NCBI GenBank assembly: GCA_965219505.1
Contig: OZ244775.1
Coordinates: forward strand, 1,101,929-1,165,928
DNA length: 64,000 bases
Direction of reading: 5' to 3'
Origin: Chloroflexota bacterium
GTDB lineage: Bacteria > Chloroflexota > UBA11872 > VXOZ01
Positions 42,366-53,301 of this stretch are shown one piece after another. The notes under the pieces are model-generated. The model was not told where the DNA came from and did not search any database. It saw nothing but the letters and a program-made list of their open reading frames with translations. Made by a program: the position numbers and the translations under genes. Each line of letters begins with the position of its first letter. Position 1 is the first letter of the stretch.

Positions 42366-44726
42366 ATGAGCAACTCGAATGAAGATGCGATGCGGTTGAT
42401 CGGGGAACGCAGGTTCCGCGACGCTCTCGGACTGCTGAGAGCGCATCTGGATGCAGACTCCAATGGCGAAACTCATGCACTCGCCGGGGCCGCGCACTAC
42501 GGCCTACAGGAGTACGCCGAGGCTGCCGAAAACTACGAGCGAGCGCTGCAGCTTGATCCGAATAGGCGGACGACGTGGCAGGACATGTTGATGCAGTCCC
42601 GCGCGAACGCGGTCGCTGAAGTGAATGTGCATGTCCCGGACATATCTTACTTCGATCGCGACACGCTGCTCGCTAGGCCGGTCGTACAGGATGGTTCTCT
42701 GCCCGCCACTCCGATGGATCCGCCGGGTCGCGGACTCTTCGGATGGGTTCGATGCATAGTGGGGAACGCGGGAGGAGCGATCGTTTCGTTAGCGATGAGC
42801 GGAGTGACTCAGGCCCTTGGTCGGTTGGCCGGATACCGCGACGAGGTGTGGACAAACTGGTACCATAGGCCATATTTCATCGGAATCCTCACCCTGGCAT
42901 ACATGCGCGAGCAACTCAACAGGAATAACCTCAAGAGCACCTATCCTCCGGGAGCCTTGATAGGCTTTCAGCCGGAGGGACAGTCTCCACCTCCGGGGGT
43001 GAGACACTTTCGCACCGCCGACGGAAGCTGGAACAACCTGGCCGACCCCAAAGAGGGCGCCGCAGGTACTCGCTTCCCCCGCAACGTGAACAACGACGTG
43101 ATTCGCCCGGAGACGGGTGATGGTCTGATGACGCCGAATCCGAGAGAGCTAAGCCGCATCTTCTTGGCAAGGGGAGAGCAGATGAAGGAAGTGCCATTCC
43201 TTAATCTGCTGGCCGCGTCATGGATCAACTTCCAAAACCATGATTGGGTGCATCACGGAGAGCCTCTCATAAATGAGGTGCATGAGATACCGCTGGCCGA
43301 AGACGATCCGGCTCGGAAGAAGCACTGGCAGACCAGGATGTTCGTCGGCAAGACCCAATCCGATCCTACCCGTATGTCCGACCGAGAACGTACCCCCATA
43401 ACGTTCATCAATGAGGTCACCCACTGGTGGGACGGCTCACAGATATATGGGAGCGATCAGGAGACGTTGGACAAACTCCGAACCGGAGTAGGCGGCAAGC
43501 TGAGGCTCGATGACGCCGGCAATCTGCCGCTCGACGACAAAGGGATCGAGCAGACCGGCTTCACAAGGAATTGGTGGATTGGTCTCGCCATGCTTCACAC
43601 TCTCTTCACCAGGGAGCACAACGCCATCTGCGACCGGCTGAAGGAAGCCTATCCCGATTGGGACGACGCGCGGCTGTTCAATGTGGCGCGCCTTATCAAT
43701 GCGGCCGTGATGGCCAAGATCCACACCGTCGAATGGACCCCGGCCATTCTTCCGAATCGCGGGCTCGACTCCGGTCTGAACGCCAACTGGTACGGCCTGT
43801 TCACCACCTACAGGGCGCCTGAGAACAGGAAGACGGTCGCGGACATCAACGTGCGGAACCCAGAGATGGGAGGTGTTGTAGGCAATCCGATCAACAAGCA
43901 CGGGCAGCCCTACGGCCTCACCGAGGAGTTTGTGGAAGTCTATCGCCTGCACTCGCTATTGCCCGAGACAATCCGAATCAGAAGCCTTGGCAATGACAGC
44001 GTGGCCGAGGACGTGCCGTTCGTCGAGACTCGCCAGGCAGGTTCCGGCCAGCTTACCTCGAAGTCTTCAATGGCCGATCTCTTCTACTCGTTCGGCGTCC
44101 AGCATCCGGGTCAGTTGGTGCTGAACAACTACCCCGATTTCATGCGAGAGCTCAGCGTTCCTGGCAACCCGCTCTTCGATATGGGTGCAGTGGACATTCT
44201 TAGGGCGCGCGAAAGGGGGGTGCCCAGATACAACGAGTTCAGGCGTCAGTTGGGACTCAACCCCATTCGCACATTCGACGACCTTACCGACGATGGAGAC
44301 AAGGTGCGGAAGCTCAAGGATGTGTATGGGGACCAACCGGATGATGTGGAGAAGCTCGACTTACTGATCGGCACTCTTGCTGAAGGGCATCGCCCCACTG
44401 GGTTCGGTTTCGGCGAAACGCTATTCCAGATATTCATTCTGAACGCGACTCGAAGACTTCAGGCGGACCGCTTCTACACCGACAGCTACAACGAACGGAC
44501 GTACACGAAGGAAGGCCTTGCATGGATCGATGGTTCCGATCTCAAGACCGTCATACTCCGCCACTTTCCTGAACTCTCTCAAACGGGACTGGGGAACATC
44601 AAGAACGCCTTTGAGCCATGGGATACCGGAGAGAGACTCGACCCGGAACGCCATCCGCTCCGCGAGTTCGACAGGGACCTGGGACCGGACCCATTGCTGG
44701 GTGATGCTTGGACGAGTCGACGCTAG
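42366..44726 (+). CDS. Haem dioxygenase/peroxidase of the animal peroxidase-cyclooxygenase superfamily (alpha-dioxygenase / COX-like fatty-acid oxygenase)
   Basis: Distal-His region LLAASWINFQNHDWVHH (cf. alpha-DOX AAWIQFMIHDWIDH). Proximal-His region HTLFTREHNAICDRLKEAYPDWDDARLFNVARLINAAVMAKIHTVEWT (cf. COX TIWLREHNRVCD). Start ATG at 42366 with GGAGGAGG RBS. N-terminal TPR-like segment. Confidence 0.8.
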   Translation: MSNSNEDAMRLIGERRFRDALGLLRAHLDADSNGETHALAGAAHYGLQEYAEAAENYERALQLDPNRRTTWQDMLMQSRANAVAEVNVHVPDISYFDRDTLLARPVVQDGSLPATPMDPPGRGLFGWVRCIVGNAGGAIVSLAMSGVTQALGRLAGYRDEVWTNWYHRPYFIGILTLAYMREQLNRNNLKSTYPPGALIGFQPEGQSPPPGVRHFRTADGSWNNLADPKEGAAGTRFPRNVNNDVIRPETGDGLMTPNPRELSRIFLARGEQMKEVPFLNLLAASWINFQNHDWVHHGEPLINEVHEIPLAEDDPARKKHWQTRMFVGKTQSDPTRMSDRERTPITFINEVTHWWDGSQIYGSDQETLDKLRTGVGGKLRLDDAGNLPLDDKGIEQTGFTRNWWIGLAMLHTLFTREHNAICDRLKEAYPDWDDARLFNVARLINAAVMAKIHTVEWTPAILPNRGLDSGLNANWYGLFTTYRAPENRKTVADINVRNPEMGGVVGNPINKHGQPYGLTEEFVEVYRLHSLLPETIRIRSLGNDSVAEDVPFVETRQAGSGQLTSKSSMADLFYSFGVQHPGQLVLNNYPDFMRELSVPGNPLFDMGAVDILRARERGVPRYNEFRRQLGLNPIRTFDDLTDDGDKVRKLKDVYGDQPDDVEKLDLLIGTLAEGHRPTGFGFGETLFQIFILNATRRLQADRFYTDSYNERTYTKEGLAWIDGSDLKTVILRHFPELSQTGLGNIKNAFEPWDTGERLDPERHPLREFDRDLGPDPLLGDAWTSRR

Positions 44727-44794
44727 ATAGAGGCGACTGACACTCACAGCACCAACTGGAACCTCAACTCGAAGGTTCTTGATTTCGTCAAGTC

Positions 44795-44870
44795 TGGTGG
44801 AGATGAGGAGACTCGAACTCCTGACCCCCTCCTTGCAAAGGAGGTGCTCTCCCAACTGAGCTACATCCCC
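44795..44870 (-). tRNA. tRNA-Ala(TGC), CCA encoded, G3:U70 present
   Basis: GGGGATGTAGCTCAGTTGGGAGAGCACCTCCTTTGCAAGGAGGGGGTCAGGAGTTCGAGTCTCCTCATCTCCACCA. Perfect cloverleaf, anticodon TGC. Confidence 0.9.
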
Positions 44871-45088
44871 GTGACTGGCAGCCGCGCAGAGCGCTAAAGG
44901 CGCATCGAAACCCCTCAACAAGCCCCAGCACGCCCCGGGCCGCGATGGAGGCATCGGTTCGTGTCTGCCGGAATTCTCAAATGCTTTGCAGGCGAAAGTT
45001 GAAAGGGTTGCGCAGTGAAAACTATCCCTACAATGCTCGTTCCGGCCTGTGCCGCATTTATAAAGAGGCTGCGGTTTCGCTGCCGTCG

Positions 45089-45166
45089 TGGTGGGCCACT
45101 GTGGATTTGAACCACAGACCTCGCCCTTATCAGGGGCGCGCTCTAACCAAGCTGAGCTAGTGGCCC
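45089..45166 (-). tRNA. tRNA-Ile(GAT), CCA encoded
   Basis: GGGCCACTAGCTCAGCTTGGTTAGAGCGCGCCCCTGATAAGGGCGAGGTCTGTGGTTCAAATCCACAGTGGCCCACCA. Anticodon GAT. Confidence 0.9.
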
Positions 45167-45676
45167 GCAGAATACGCTGTAAAGCCAGTCTCTTGTTTAT
45201 TGTACCACCCTTGGCTTGGCCTGCACGTCGCCAATTCAGTGGCAGGCAAATCGCATTTCTCACAGGGGGAATATAGCGCAGCAAACGCCGGTATGCAACT
45301 TTGCCAAGCGGCTGTATGGTGGACAAATCGACGCCATGAGTCCGGCCGTGTATCGGTGAGTCAGCTATCGAATTTCGCGCACAGAGTGGTCAGGCAAGTG
45401 GGACCAAGTCTGCGGGCAGGTGCAGATTGTCACTCGGCTGAGACATGACTAGACGCACATTCGGCACTTCGACCGGTAGGTTTGGAGGGAGGGTAAAGGA
45501 GTGGAGTGAGGTACAGAAAGATCCCTCAGTGGGGAGAGGGATCGTTGTTTTAGGGGATATAGAGCGATGGAAAAGGAGGCTGGCTTAGCAGGTGGAGGGT
45601 GATGAAGGGGGTGTTGGGAAGGAGAGAAAGGGGAAATAAGAAAAGGGATAGGTGGTAGGTGGGTAAAAGAACCCTA

Positions 45677-47207
<1,531 letters not shown>

Positions 47208-47647
47208 AAAGCGATAACAAAACATAATGTACCGCCTCATCCCGAAACGTCAGAGCCTAACTCTCCTACGATAAACACCTTTACCTTCATCACTCTTCAC
47301 CTGTTAAGGAGCCGCCTGCATAAAAACAGGCAAAGATCATAGTAGCATTCCCAGGCTTTTAATGTCAAGTTCCGTTCAACATCTTCTGTGCCACAGAAGA
47401 AGGCTGCTGCTCCCAAAGGGCAGGAATTAGCGCGGAGGCCCGTTCGCACTTCTAGCGTAATATGGTGATCGGCCGATGACCAACAAGGTATCCAAACGGT
47501 CGGTACGGCGTTCTCAACGCGGAAACCGAAAACATCCTACCTATGGATAGCAACCTACCAATGCGGTCTTTGAAGTTACGTACGAGCGGTTAAAGCGCGT
47601 GTTACAATGAGCGCGCATTGTGGGTAGCTAAAGAGGTAGGGAATTCT

Positions 47648-48583
47648 GTGAGGATTCTGGTCGCAGGTGGGGCGGGATTTGTCGGTTCGCATCTCTGTGA
47701 TTACTTGATCGCACAAGGACACTCTGTCACGGCCGTCGATAGCGGCATAACCGGTCGTGCCAAGAATGTTGCTCATCTTGCGGATAGCGACCGCTTCTCT
47801 CTGCTCGACCTCGACGTCACCGAGCCAATCGCATGGCAGGGGGAGGCCGTATTTCACCTGGCGAGCCCCGCCAGTCCTGAGGGCTACCTGCAGTACCCCC
47901 TTGCGACACTGCGTGTCAATTCTATAGGCACGGAGAATCTGCTTACTTTGGCGCGGGAGAATGGGGCCAAGTTTCTCTTTGCCTCCACATCGGAAGTCTA
48001 CGGCGATCCTCTCGTTCATCCGCAGCCCGAAACATACTGGGGAAATGTCAATCCGGTTGGACCCCGGGCATGCTATGACGAGGGGAAGCGCTTTGGCGAA
48101 GCCTTGACAATGGAATACGTGCGTCAGTACGCGGTAGATGCCCGTATTATTCGCATTTTCAACACCTATGGGCCGCGTAATGACCCACGCGATGGTCGGG
48201 TCGTGCCGAACTTCATTGCTCAGGCGCTGACAGGATCGCCGATTTCGATATATGGCGACGGCACTCAGACACGCTCATTCTGTTTCGTGGGCGATCTGGT
48301 GCGCGGCATTGCCGCGGCAATGTTCACTGCCAAGACTCAGGGAGAAGTGTTCAACCTTGGCAACCCAGATGAGCGCAGCATCCGTGAATTTGCCGACATG
48401 ATCGTACGCTTGACCGGCGCCAATGTGCCCATCGTGCATAAACCCTTGCCGGCGGATGATCCCAGGAGGCGGCGTCCCGACATTTCCAAGGCTCGGACGT
48501 GGTTGGGCTGGACTCCGGAAATCTCATTGGAGGAGGGCTTGGCAGAGACTATTGCCTACTTTCGTCAGGAACTCGCGACATAA
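47648..48583 (+). CDS. NAD-dependent epimerase/dehydratase, UDP-glucuronate decarboxylase (UDP-xylose synthase)-like
   Basis: VRILVAGGAGFVGSHLCDYL (GxxGxxG), catalytic S/Y/K pattern (ASTSEVYGDP ... YDEGKR). GTG start with RBS AAAGAGGTAGGG. Confidence 0.8.
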   Translation: MRILVAGGAGFVGSHLCDYLIAQGHSVTAVDSGITGRAKNVAHLADSDRFSLLDLDVTEPIAWQGEAVFHLASPASPEGYLQYPLATLRVNSIGTENLLTLARENGAKFLFASTSEVYGDPLVHPQPETYWGNVNPVGPRACYDEGKRFGEALTMEYVRQYAVDARIIRIFNTYGPRNDPRDGRVVPNFIAQALTGSPISIYGDGTQTRSFCFVGDLVRGIAAAMFTAKTQGEVFNLGNPDERSIREFADMIVRLTGANVPIVHKPLPADDPRRRRPDISKARTWLGWTPEISLEEGLAETIAYFRQELAT

Positions 48584-48798
48584 CCGTTGCAGTGAAGACG
48601 ATCATTCCTTGCCGACTCATCGGCACCTTCTGTCGGAGCCGCCACTCTCTGTAACATTCTCCACTGACGTTTGTTACGCGCACTGCTATCTACCAATCCT
48701 CTTCATTGGCAAGGCCGCCCCGCATGGGGCGCTTTGCATCTGCCGGCGATAAACACTATCCTTGTTGGGGGATAGACGCATCTAAAGGAGTGTAGCAG

Positions 48799-49560
48799 GT
48801 GAAATTCGTTCGTTATCAAGACGGTTCCCGCCCGGCGTGGGGAATTGTTGAGGGAGATACTGTTACGCCAGTGCTGGGTGATCCATTCACAGGTTGGTCC
48901 CGGAGCAATCGGTCCGTCGTTCCGTGGGACTTGCACGTCTTGCCACCGGCATCACCGACGAAAGTGATTTGTGTGGGTTTGAACTATAAGCTCCATGCCG
49001 AAGAGAGTGGGATGGAGATTCCTGCGGAACCGATGTTGTTCTTGAAACCGCCGACGGCCGTGATCGGCCATGAAGAAGGAGTGATCTATTCGCACCTCAC
49101 TGAGCGGCTGGACTATGAGTGTGAGCTAGCGATAGTAATTGGCAAGACGGCGCATCGCGTCTCGGTTGACGATGCACCGGGCGTTGTGGCCGGATACACC
49201 TGCGCCAATGACGTCAGCGCGCGCGATCTGCAACGCAGTGACGGGCAGTGGGCGCGCGCTAAAGGAATGGACACCTTTTGCCCATTGGGGCCGGTGCTCG
49301 TAAACGATATCAATCCGGTTGGGTTGCGTATCCAGACAAAACTCAACGGTGAGACCAAGCAAGACAGCAATACGGCCGACATGGTGTTCAAGCCGGACTT
49401 TATCATTCACTATGTGTCACAGGCATTCACGCTGCTGCCGGGCGACGTTATTATAACGGGTACGCCAAGCGGAATTGGGCCAATGGAGGTTGGCGACCGC
49501 GTGGAAGTTCTTATTGATAATATTGGCACGCTCGCTAATCCAATTGTGGCGCCGGAATAG
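48799..49560 (+). CDS. Fumarylacetoacetate hydrolase (FAH) family protein
   Basis: VICVGLNYKLHAEESGMEIPAEPMLFLKPPTAVIGHEE...YECELAIVIGK...GTPSGIG. FAH-family fold signature. Confidence 0.85.
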   Translation: MKFVRYQDGSRPAWGIVEGDTVTPVLGDPFTGWSRSNRSVVPWDLHVLPPASPTKVICVGLNYKLHAEESGMEIPAEPMLFLKPPTAVIGHEEGVIYSHLTERLDYECELAIVIGKTAHRVSVDDAPGVVAGYTCANDVSARDLQRSDGQWARAKGMDTFCPLGPVLVNDINPVGLRIQTKLNGETKQDSNTADMVFKPDFIIHYVSQAFTLLPGDVIITGTPSGIGPMEVGDRVEVLIDNIGTLANPIVAPE

Positions 49561-49823
49561 GCTTTTTCTAGCTCATCGGGCGACTGTAGAATCTCTCGAG
49601 CCGCGATTGCGGTCGAATCGGATGTTTCATTGCACTACGGCACTCCAAGAGTGCAGGAATGAGTCATCCGGTTCGGCTGCTGTGTTTAAGGTGAGATGCC
49701 AAGAGTTCTATTCTGCCGGTGCAAGACTTGCGGCATTTCGAGCAGAATCGTCGCGCTGACCTAGGAGTCTTGCACTGACTCGCCATCTTTCTCTTGATCG
49801 ACGTCAACGGCGCGTTGGCAAGC

Positions 49824-50522
49824 CTAGTCCACGATCACAGGAATTCGCTGGTTTATCGCTGCAAAAGCTGAAGTAACCACACAATTGTAGGCGATGAGTT
49901 CTACGCCGCAGCGAAGGGCGACCTGTAGGGCTTTGGAAAACTTGGGATCAGTGCGGTGGTTGGCGGCGACGCTGTGCGCATCGTCGCGCTGCACGACGAA
50001 GAAGACTACTGCTCGCGCGCCGGACTGACGGAGCTTCGTGAGCTCAGCGACGTGCCTGCATCCGCGTGCTGTAGGTGCATCGGGGAACAGACCAAGGCCG
50101 TCTTTCACAAGCGTGACAGACTTTACCTCCATCCAGCAGGCTTCGTTGGAATTCTCCAGAAAGAAATCAAGTCGGCTGCTGCCAACGCGGCATTCCCGTT
50201 TCCATGCGGGGTACTTGCTGAAATCTGATAGGCAGCCCTGAACTAGGGATTCCTGGACGAGATGATTCGGTAGCTGCGTATTCAGCGAGACGAGTGTACG
50301 GTCCTTCTCGACTAGCCACATTTGGAACTGTGTTTTTCGCTGGGTCCCGGCTTTCGGTTCCAGCCACACGCGAGCGCCAGGTTGCAGCAGTTCACGGAGC
50401 CGACCGGGATCGGGCAGATGCGCGGCTACGGGGTCACTTTGGCGTGGAAGTTGCACGAGGCACGTAAACCGATTTGGTCGCGAAACGAACCGTGCTTCTT
50501 GCAGAGGGGCAGGAAACTTCAA
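49824..50522 (-). CDS. sfsA: Sugar fermentation stimulation protein SfsA
   Basis: N-terminal OB fold FVSRPNRFTCLVQL and C-terminal nuclease-like domain CHVAELTKL...AVVFFVVQRDD. Confidence 0.8.
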   Translation of the reverse strand: MKFPAPLQEARFVSRPNRFTCLVQLPRQSDPVAAHLPDPGRLRELLQPGARVWLEPKAGTQRKTQFQMWLVEKDRTLVSLNTQLPNHLVQESLVQGCLSDFSKYPAWKRECRVGSSRLDFFLENSNEACWMEVKSVTLVKDGLGLFPDAPTARGCRHVAELTKLRQSGARAVVFFVVQRDDAHSVAANHRTDPKFSKALQVALRCGVELIAYNCVVTSAFAAINQRIPVIVD

Positions 50523-51427
50523 GTGGACTCGCTAACAAAGCTGCAGAGACGATCAGCCAGGTCGACGAACGCATCTACGTCTTCGAGACGTTGCCACCAG
50601 CGATCCGGCAGGTGAGAGAGCCCGTGCGAAGCCCCCGCCAGCGCACCGCAAACTGCACCCGTGGCTTGGCTTGCGCCGCCCAAGTTTATGGCTTCGACCA
50701 GCGCGGACTCGGCGGTCTCGGTGCGCAACAGGCATACAATGGCGGCTTCCAAAGCATCGAAGGCCATCGTTGATGGGTGAATGTACGAGGTTGCTTCCAA
50801 TTGCGATAGACGCTCCAGGACCGGTACAGGCACGTCGTAGTCTTCCATGTGGTCCACGATGAGCTTGAGGGAGTCCTTGATGGTGTTGCCAGCAATGAGC
50901 CCGGAGATTATGAGGTTGAGAGTGACGGCTGCCCAGCTCCACATGCGATCATAGTGCGTGAGCCGGGCGCTGCTGTACGTGGCGGCAATATTCTGCTCCG
51001 GATGCTGCGCATAGATCAGAGCCAATGGCGCGCAACGGCCTACTACGTGAATGCCTGTTGTCTTCCCGCCGGACTCCCAATACGTGAGTGATGAAGCGTG
51101 CTCCCACATCATCCCAGTGGCAACTTTGGCAAGCGCGCGGTTGGTTATGTCCTGGGACAGGACGCCCTGCGAACTGAACGACCATGCAACCAGACGTTGC
51201 AGGGCGTCTTCCGGATCGTACTCGCCGCACGCGACGAGACTCTCCGCAAGGCAGCGGGCTTGATTGCCAATCTCACCGGCACAGGCAGTAGCAGGCCCTC
51301 GTAGGTCGCGCAAGAGACCGAAGCGAGCACGAATCTCTCGCTGTGACATGCCCTCGGTGGTCGCGCCGAGACACTCTCCTATCGCAAGTCCAACGAGTGT
51401 ACCGCGAAAGCGGTCGAGTTGGTTCAT
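50519..51427 (-). CDS. ADP-ribosylglycohydrolase family protein (DraG-like)
   Basis: DRFRGTLVGLAIGECLGATTEG ... conserved Asp/Thr metal ligands; 4-nt overlap with sfsA. Confidence 0.8.
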   Translation of the reverse strand: MNQLDRFRGTLVGLAIGECLGATTEGMSQREIRARFGLLRDLRGPATACAGEIGNQARCLAESLVACGEYDPEDALQRLVAWSFSSQGVLSQDITNRALAKVATGMMWEHASSLTYWESGGKTTGIHVVGRCAPLALIYAQHPEQNIAATYSSARLTHYDRMWSWAAVTLNLIISGLIAGNTIKDSLKLIVDHMEDYDVPVPVLERLSQLEATSYIHPSTMAFDALEAAIVCLLRTETAESALVEAINLGGASQATGAVCGALAGASHGLSHLPDRWWQRLEDVDAFVDLADRLCSFVSEST

Positions 51428-51488
51428 TATTCCAGTGGTGCTTTGTTTGTCATGTCTCCTAAGGCTCTGTACAGGCTATGCAAGCCGT

Positions 51489-52226
51489 CTAATTGGGAGA
51501 AAAGTGCAAGGTAAACACAATTCCGCGCATGACTTCTTGACACAATTCACACAGAAACGGACTGTCGTCTTCTCTTGCCGTTGCAACCGTCATCAACTCA
51601 TCAATTGACTGTGCTTCGTACATGATACAAGGCACCGCGCACGTGCGTCCCGGTGTCTTGGCGTCTACAACTGATTCTTTTGACTGGTGCTGTTTCGTAA
51701 ATTGCAGGCCAATGGGAAGCCCGACGAGGTGACCAAAGTTGTGCATGACTAGACTTCTCAGACACTTGAGACGCAAGTCGCAGTCCGCAATCTGCGAAAG
51801 GTGGCGAACAGAGATCACCGTGACCAAGTCAGGCTCGGTGCATGCGAAGACTGAAGGAAAGTCACCATCCGTCTCAGTCATGTCGTTACGTAACTCTGTG
51901 TGCAGGAGAGCAAGGTCAAGGTGAGGGTCGACGTGCTGCCACGGTTCAAAGCGCACGATCTCTATGAAAGTCGCGGCGGAAACCTGTCCTGTGTGTTGGT
52001 CGAGGCTTGATTCCCAGTACCAACGAAATGAGTGGTATGCTTCCTTGCCCGCGGTACCCTTGAGTATCCAGTTGCCGTAAGGGCGCAGGACTATCGGCGC
52101 AAGGCCAATGTCCTGTTCATGGGCGACGCCTTGCAGATAGCGCAGAAAGTCGCGCATGGCGCCAATGGACTCTTTGGCTTCTGCTTCGCTGACACCATCG
52201 GACCAAAGGACGGTGATCGGTTTCAT
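51489..52226 (-). CDS. Hypothetical metal-binding protein with archaemetzincin-like motifs in which the catalytic Glu is replaced (HNFGH)
   Basis: SLVMHNFGHLVGL ... TCAVPCIMYE ... FLCELC resembles the archaemetzincin HExxHxxG...CxxxCxM...CxxC pattern, with E replaced by N and a ~20-aa insertion. Confidence 0.3.
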   Translation of the reverse strand: MKPITVLWSDGVSEAEAKESIGAMRDFLRYLQGVAHEQDIGLAPIVLRPYGNWILKGTAGKEAYHSFRWYWESSLDQHTGQVSAATFIEIVRFEPWQHVDPHLDLALLHTELRNDMTETDGDFPSVFACTEPDLVTVISVRHLSQIADCDLRLKCLRSLVMHNFGHLVGLPIGLQFTKQHQSKESVVDAKTPGRTCAVPCIMYEAQSIDELMTVATAREDDSPFLCELCQEVMRGIVFTLHFSPN

Positions 52227-53296
52227 GATCGCATGGCCTGTTCGAAAGATCGGATTGCTTGATGGCCGTCCAGCACGCCAAGTTCTAGGTTGAACTCTTG
52301 CACCTCGCCTGGATCCAAGTGGCGCAGCCTGCCCTCGCGCCGCTCGACAGCACGCCCGAGCGGCAGGCAGTTACCCGGTTCCAAGCCGACGACGTACTCA
52401 TCGCTGTTCATCATCTTCCACTCGGTAAAGCACGGGAGCTCACGGGGGTCGTAGCGAACGTACACGCCGATGCCGTCTCGCAGGCCGGGATTCACGATTG
52501 CAGCTTGCGCGTTACCCGCGGAGTTCGGTTGCATGGCATGGAAATAAACGCGCTCAGCATAGTCGGGGGATGGGTCCTCGAAACGATCGAACTGTTCACG
52601 CCCCACTTGGGCGGCTTCGTCGCGTGGTTCAACGTGTTCCGTAGGCAGGAGAAGCCGAGATTTGCGGTGTACTAACGGAAAACCGATGTTGACGTGATAG
52701 AGCAGCATAAACGGGCTAGGCTCTCGTCCTCTGTTCTCCACGCTATCGTGCACAAAGAAGCGCCGCTCGCCTAAGCGCGCAGTGATGCACCGCGTGAGCA
52801 CCAAAGTGTTGCCAAAAACCGTGCTCTCCGTTAGCCGCCCTTGCACGCGCATCACGTAGTCGTCGCCGTCCCAATCGTTATCTACGAGGACGTTACGGGC
52901 GGCGGTATAGGAAATTCGGCCATGGATGCCAAGATCTTCTTCGCGATCCAGGCCCGGCGCACCCAAGTAGGTGAGCCCGCACGTGGTGATGAGTCCACCA
53001 AAGAAACCGCGCAGCCACCCGAACCCAGGGGGTTCGAAATAGGCGCTGTGGACGTCGCCCGTGCGAGACCGCCATGCCAGCGGGATGCCGTTATACTCGG
53101 CGTGGGTAACATCCAGTCCGCGAGTTGGCGAGACCCATAGGTTCAAGCCCGATCCCGTGCGCATCTCGGCGGCAAGCATAGCGTCTTCCGGCCCCTCTTC
53201 CCAGCGAAGGCGCCGCGCACCGCCAAGCTGGTCCATGCTGCCGACGCGGGAGAGAAGCTCTTCACGTGTGTATGATGAATTCCATAGCGATGGCAT
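52223..53296 (-). CDS. DUF4432 / aldose-1-epimerase-like (galactose mutarotase fold) protein
   Basis: Start taken at MPSLWNSSYTREELLSRVGSMDQLGG. Mutarotase-like beta-sandwich pattern. 4-nt overlap with the upstream gene. Confidence 0.5.
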   Translation of the reverse strand: MPSLWNSSYTREELLSRVGSMDQLGGARRLRWEEGPEDAMLAAEMRTGSGLNLWVSPTRGLDVTHAEYNGIPLAWRSRTGDVHSAYFEPPGFGWLRGFFGGLITTCGLTYLGAPGLDREEDLGIHGRISYTAARNVLVDNDWDGDDYVMRVQGRLTESTVFGNTLVLTRCITARLGERRFFVHDSVENRGREPSPFMLLYHVNIGFPLVHRKSRLLLPTEHVEPRDEAAQVGREQFDRFEDPSPDYAERVYFHAMQPNSAGNAQAAIVNPGLRDGIGVYVRYDPRELPCFTEWKMMNSDEYVVGLEPGNCLPLGRAVERREGRLRHLDPGEVQEFNLELGVLDGHQAIRSFEQAMRS

Positions 53297-53301
53297 GCGC
53301 T

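Noticed and set aside
45170-45676. Long purine-rich (+ strand) tract between tRNA-Ile and the 16S gene, considered as a possible novel element
   Set aside because: It is the 16S-tRNA internal transcribed spacer, pyrimidine-rich in the transcript; nothing beyond a low-complexity ITS
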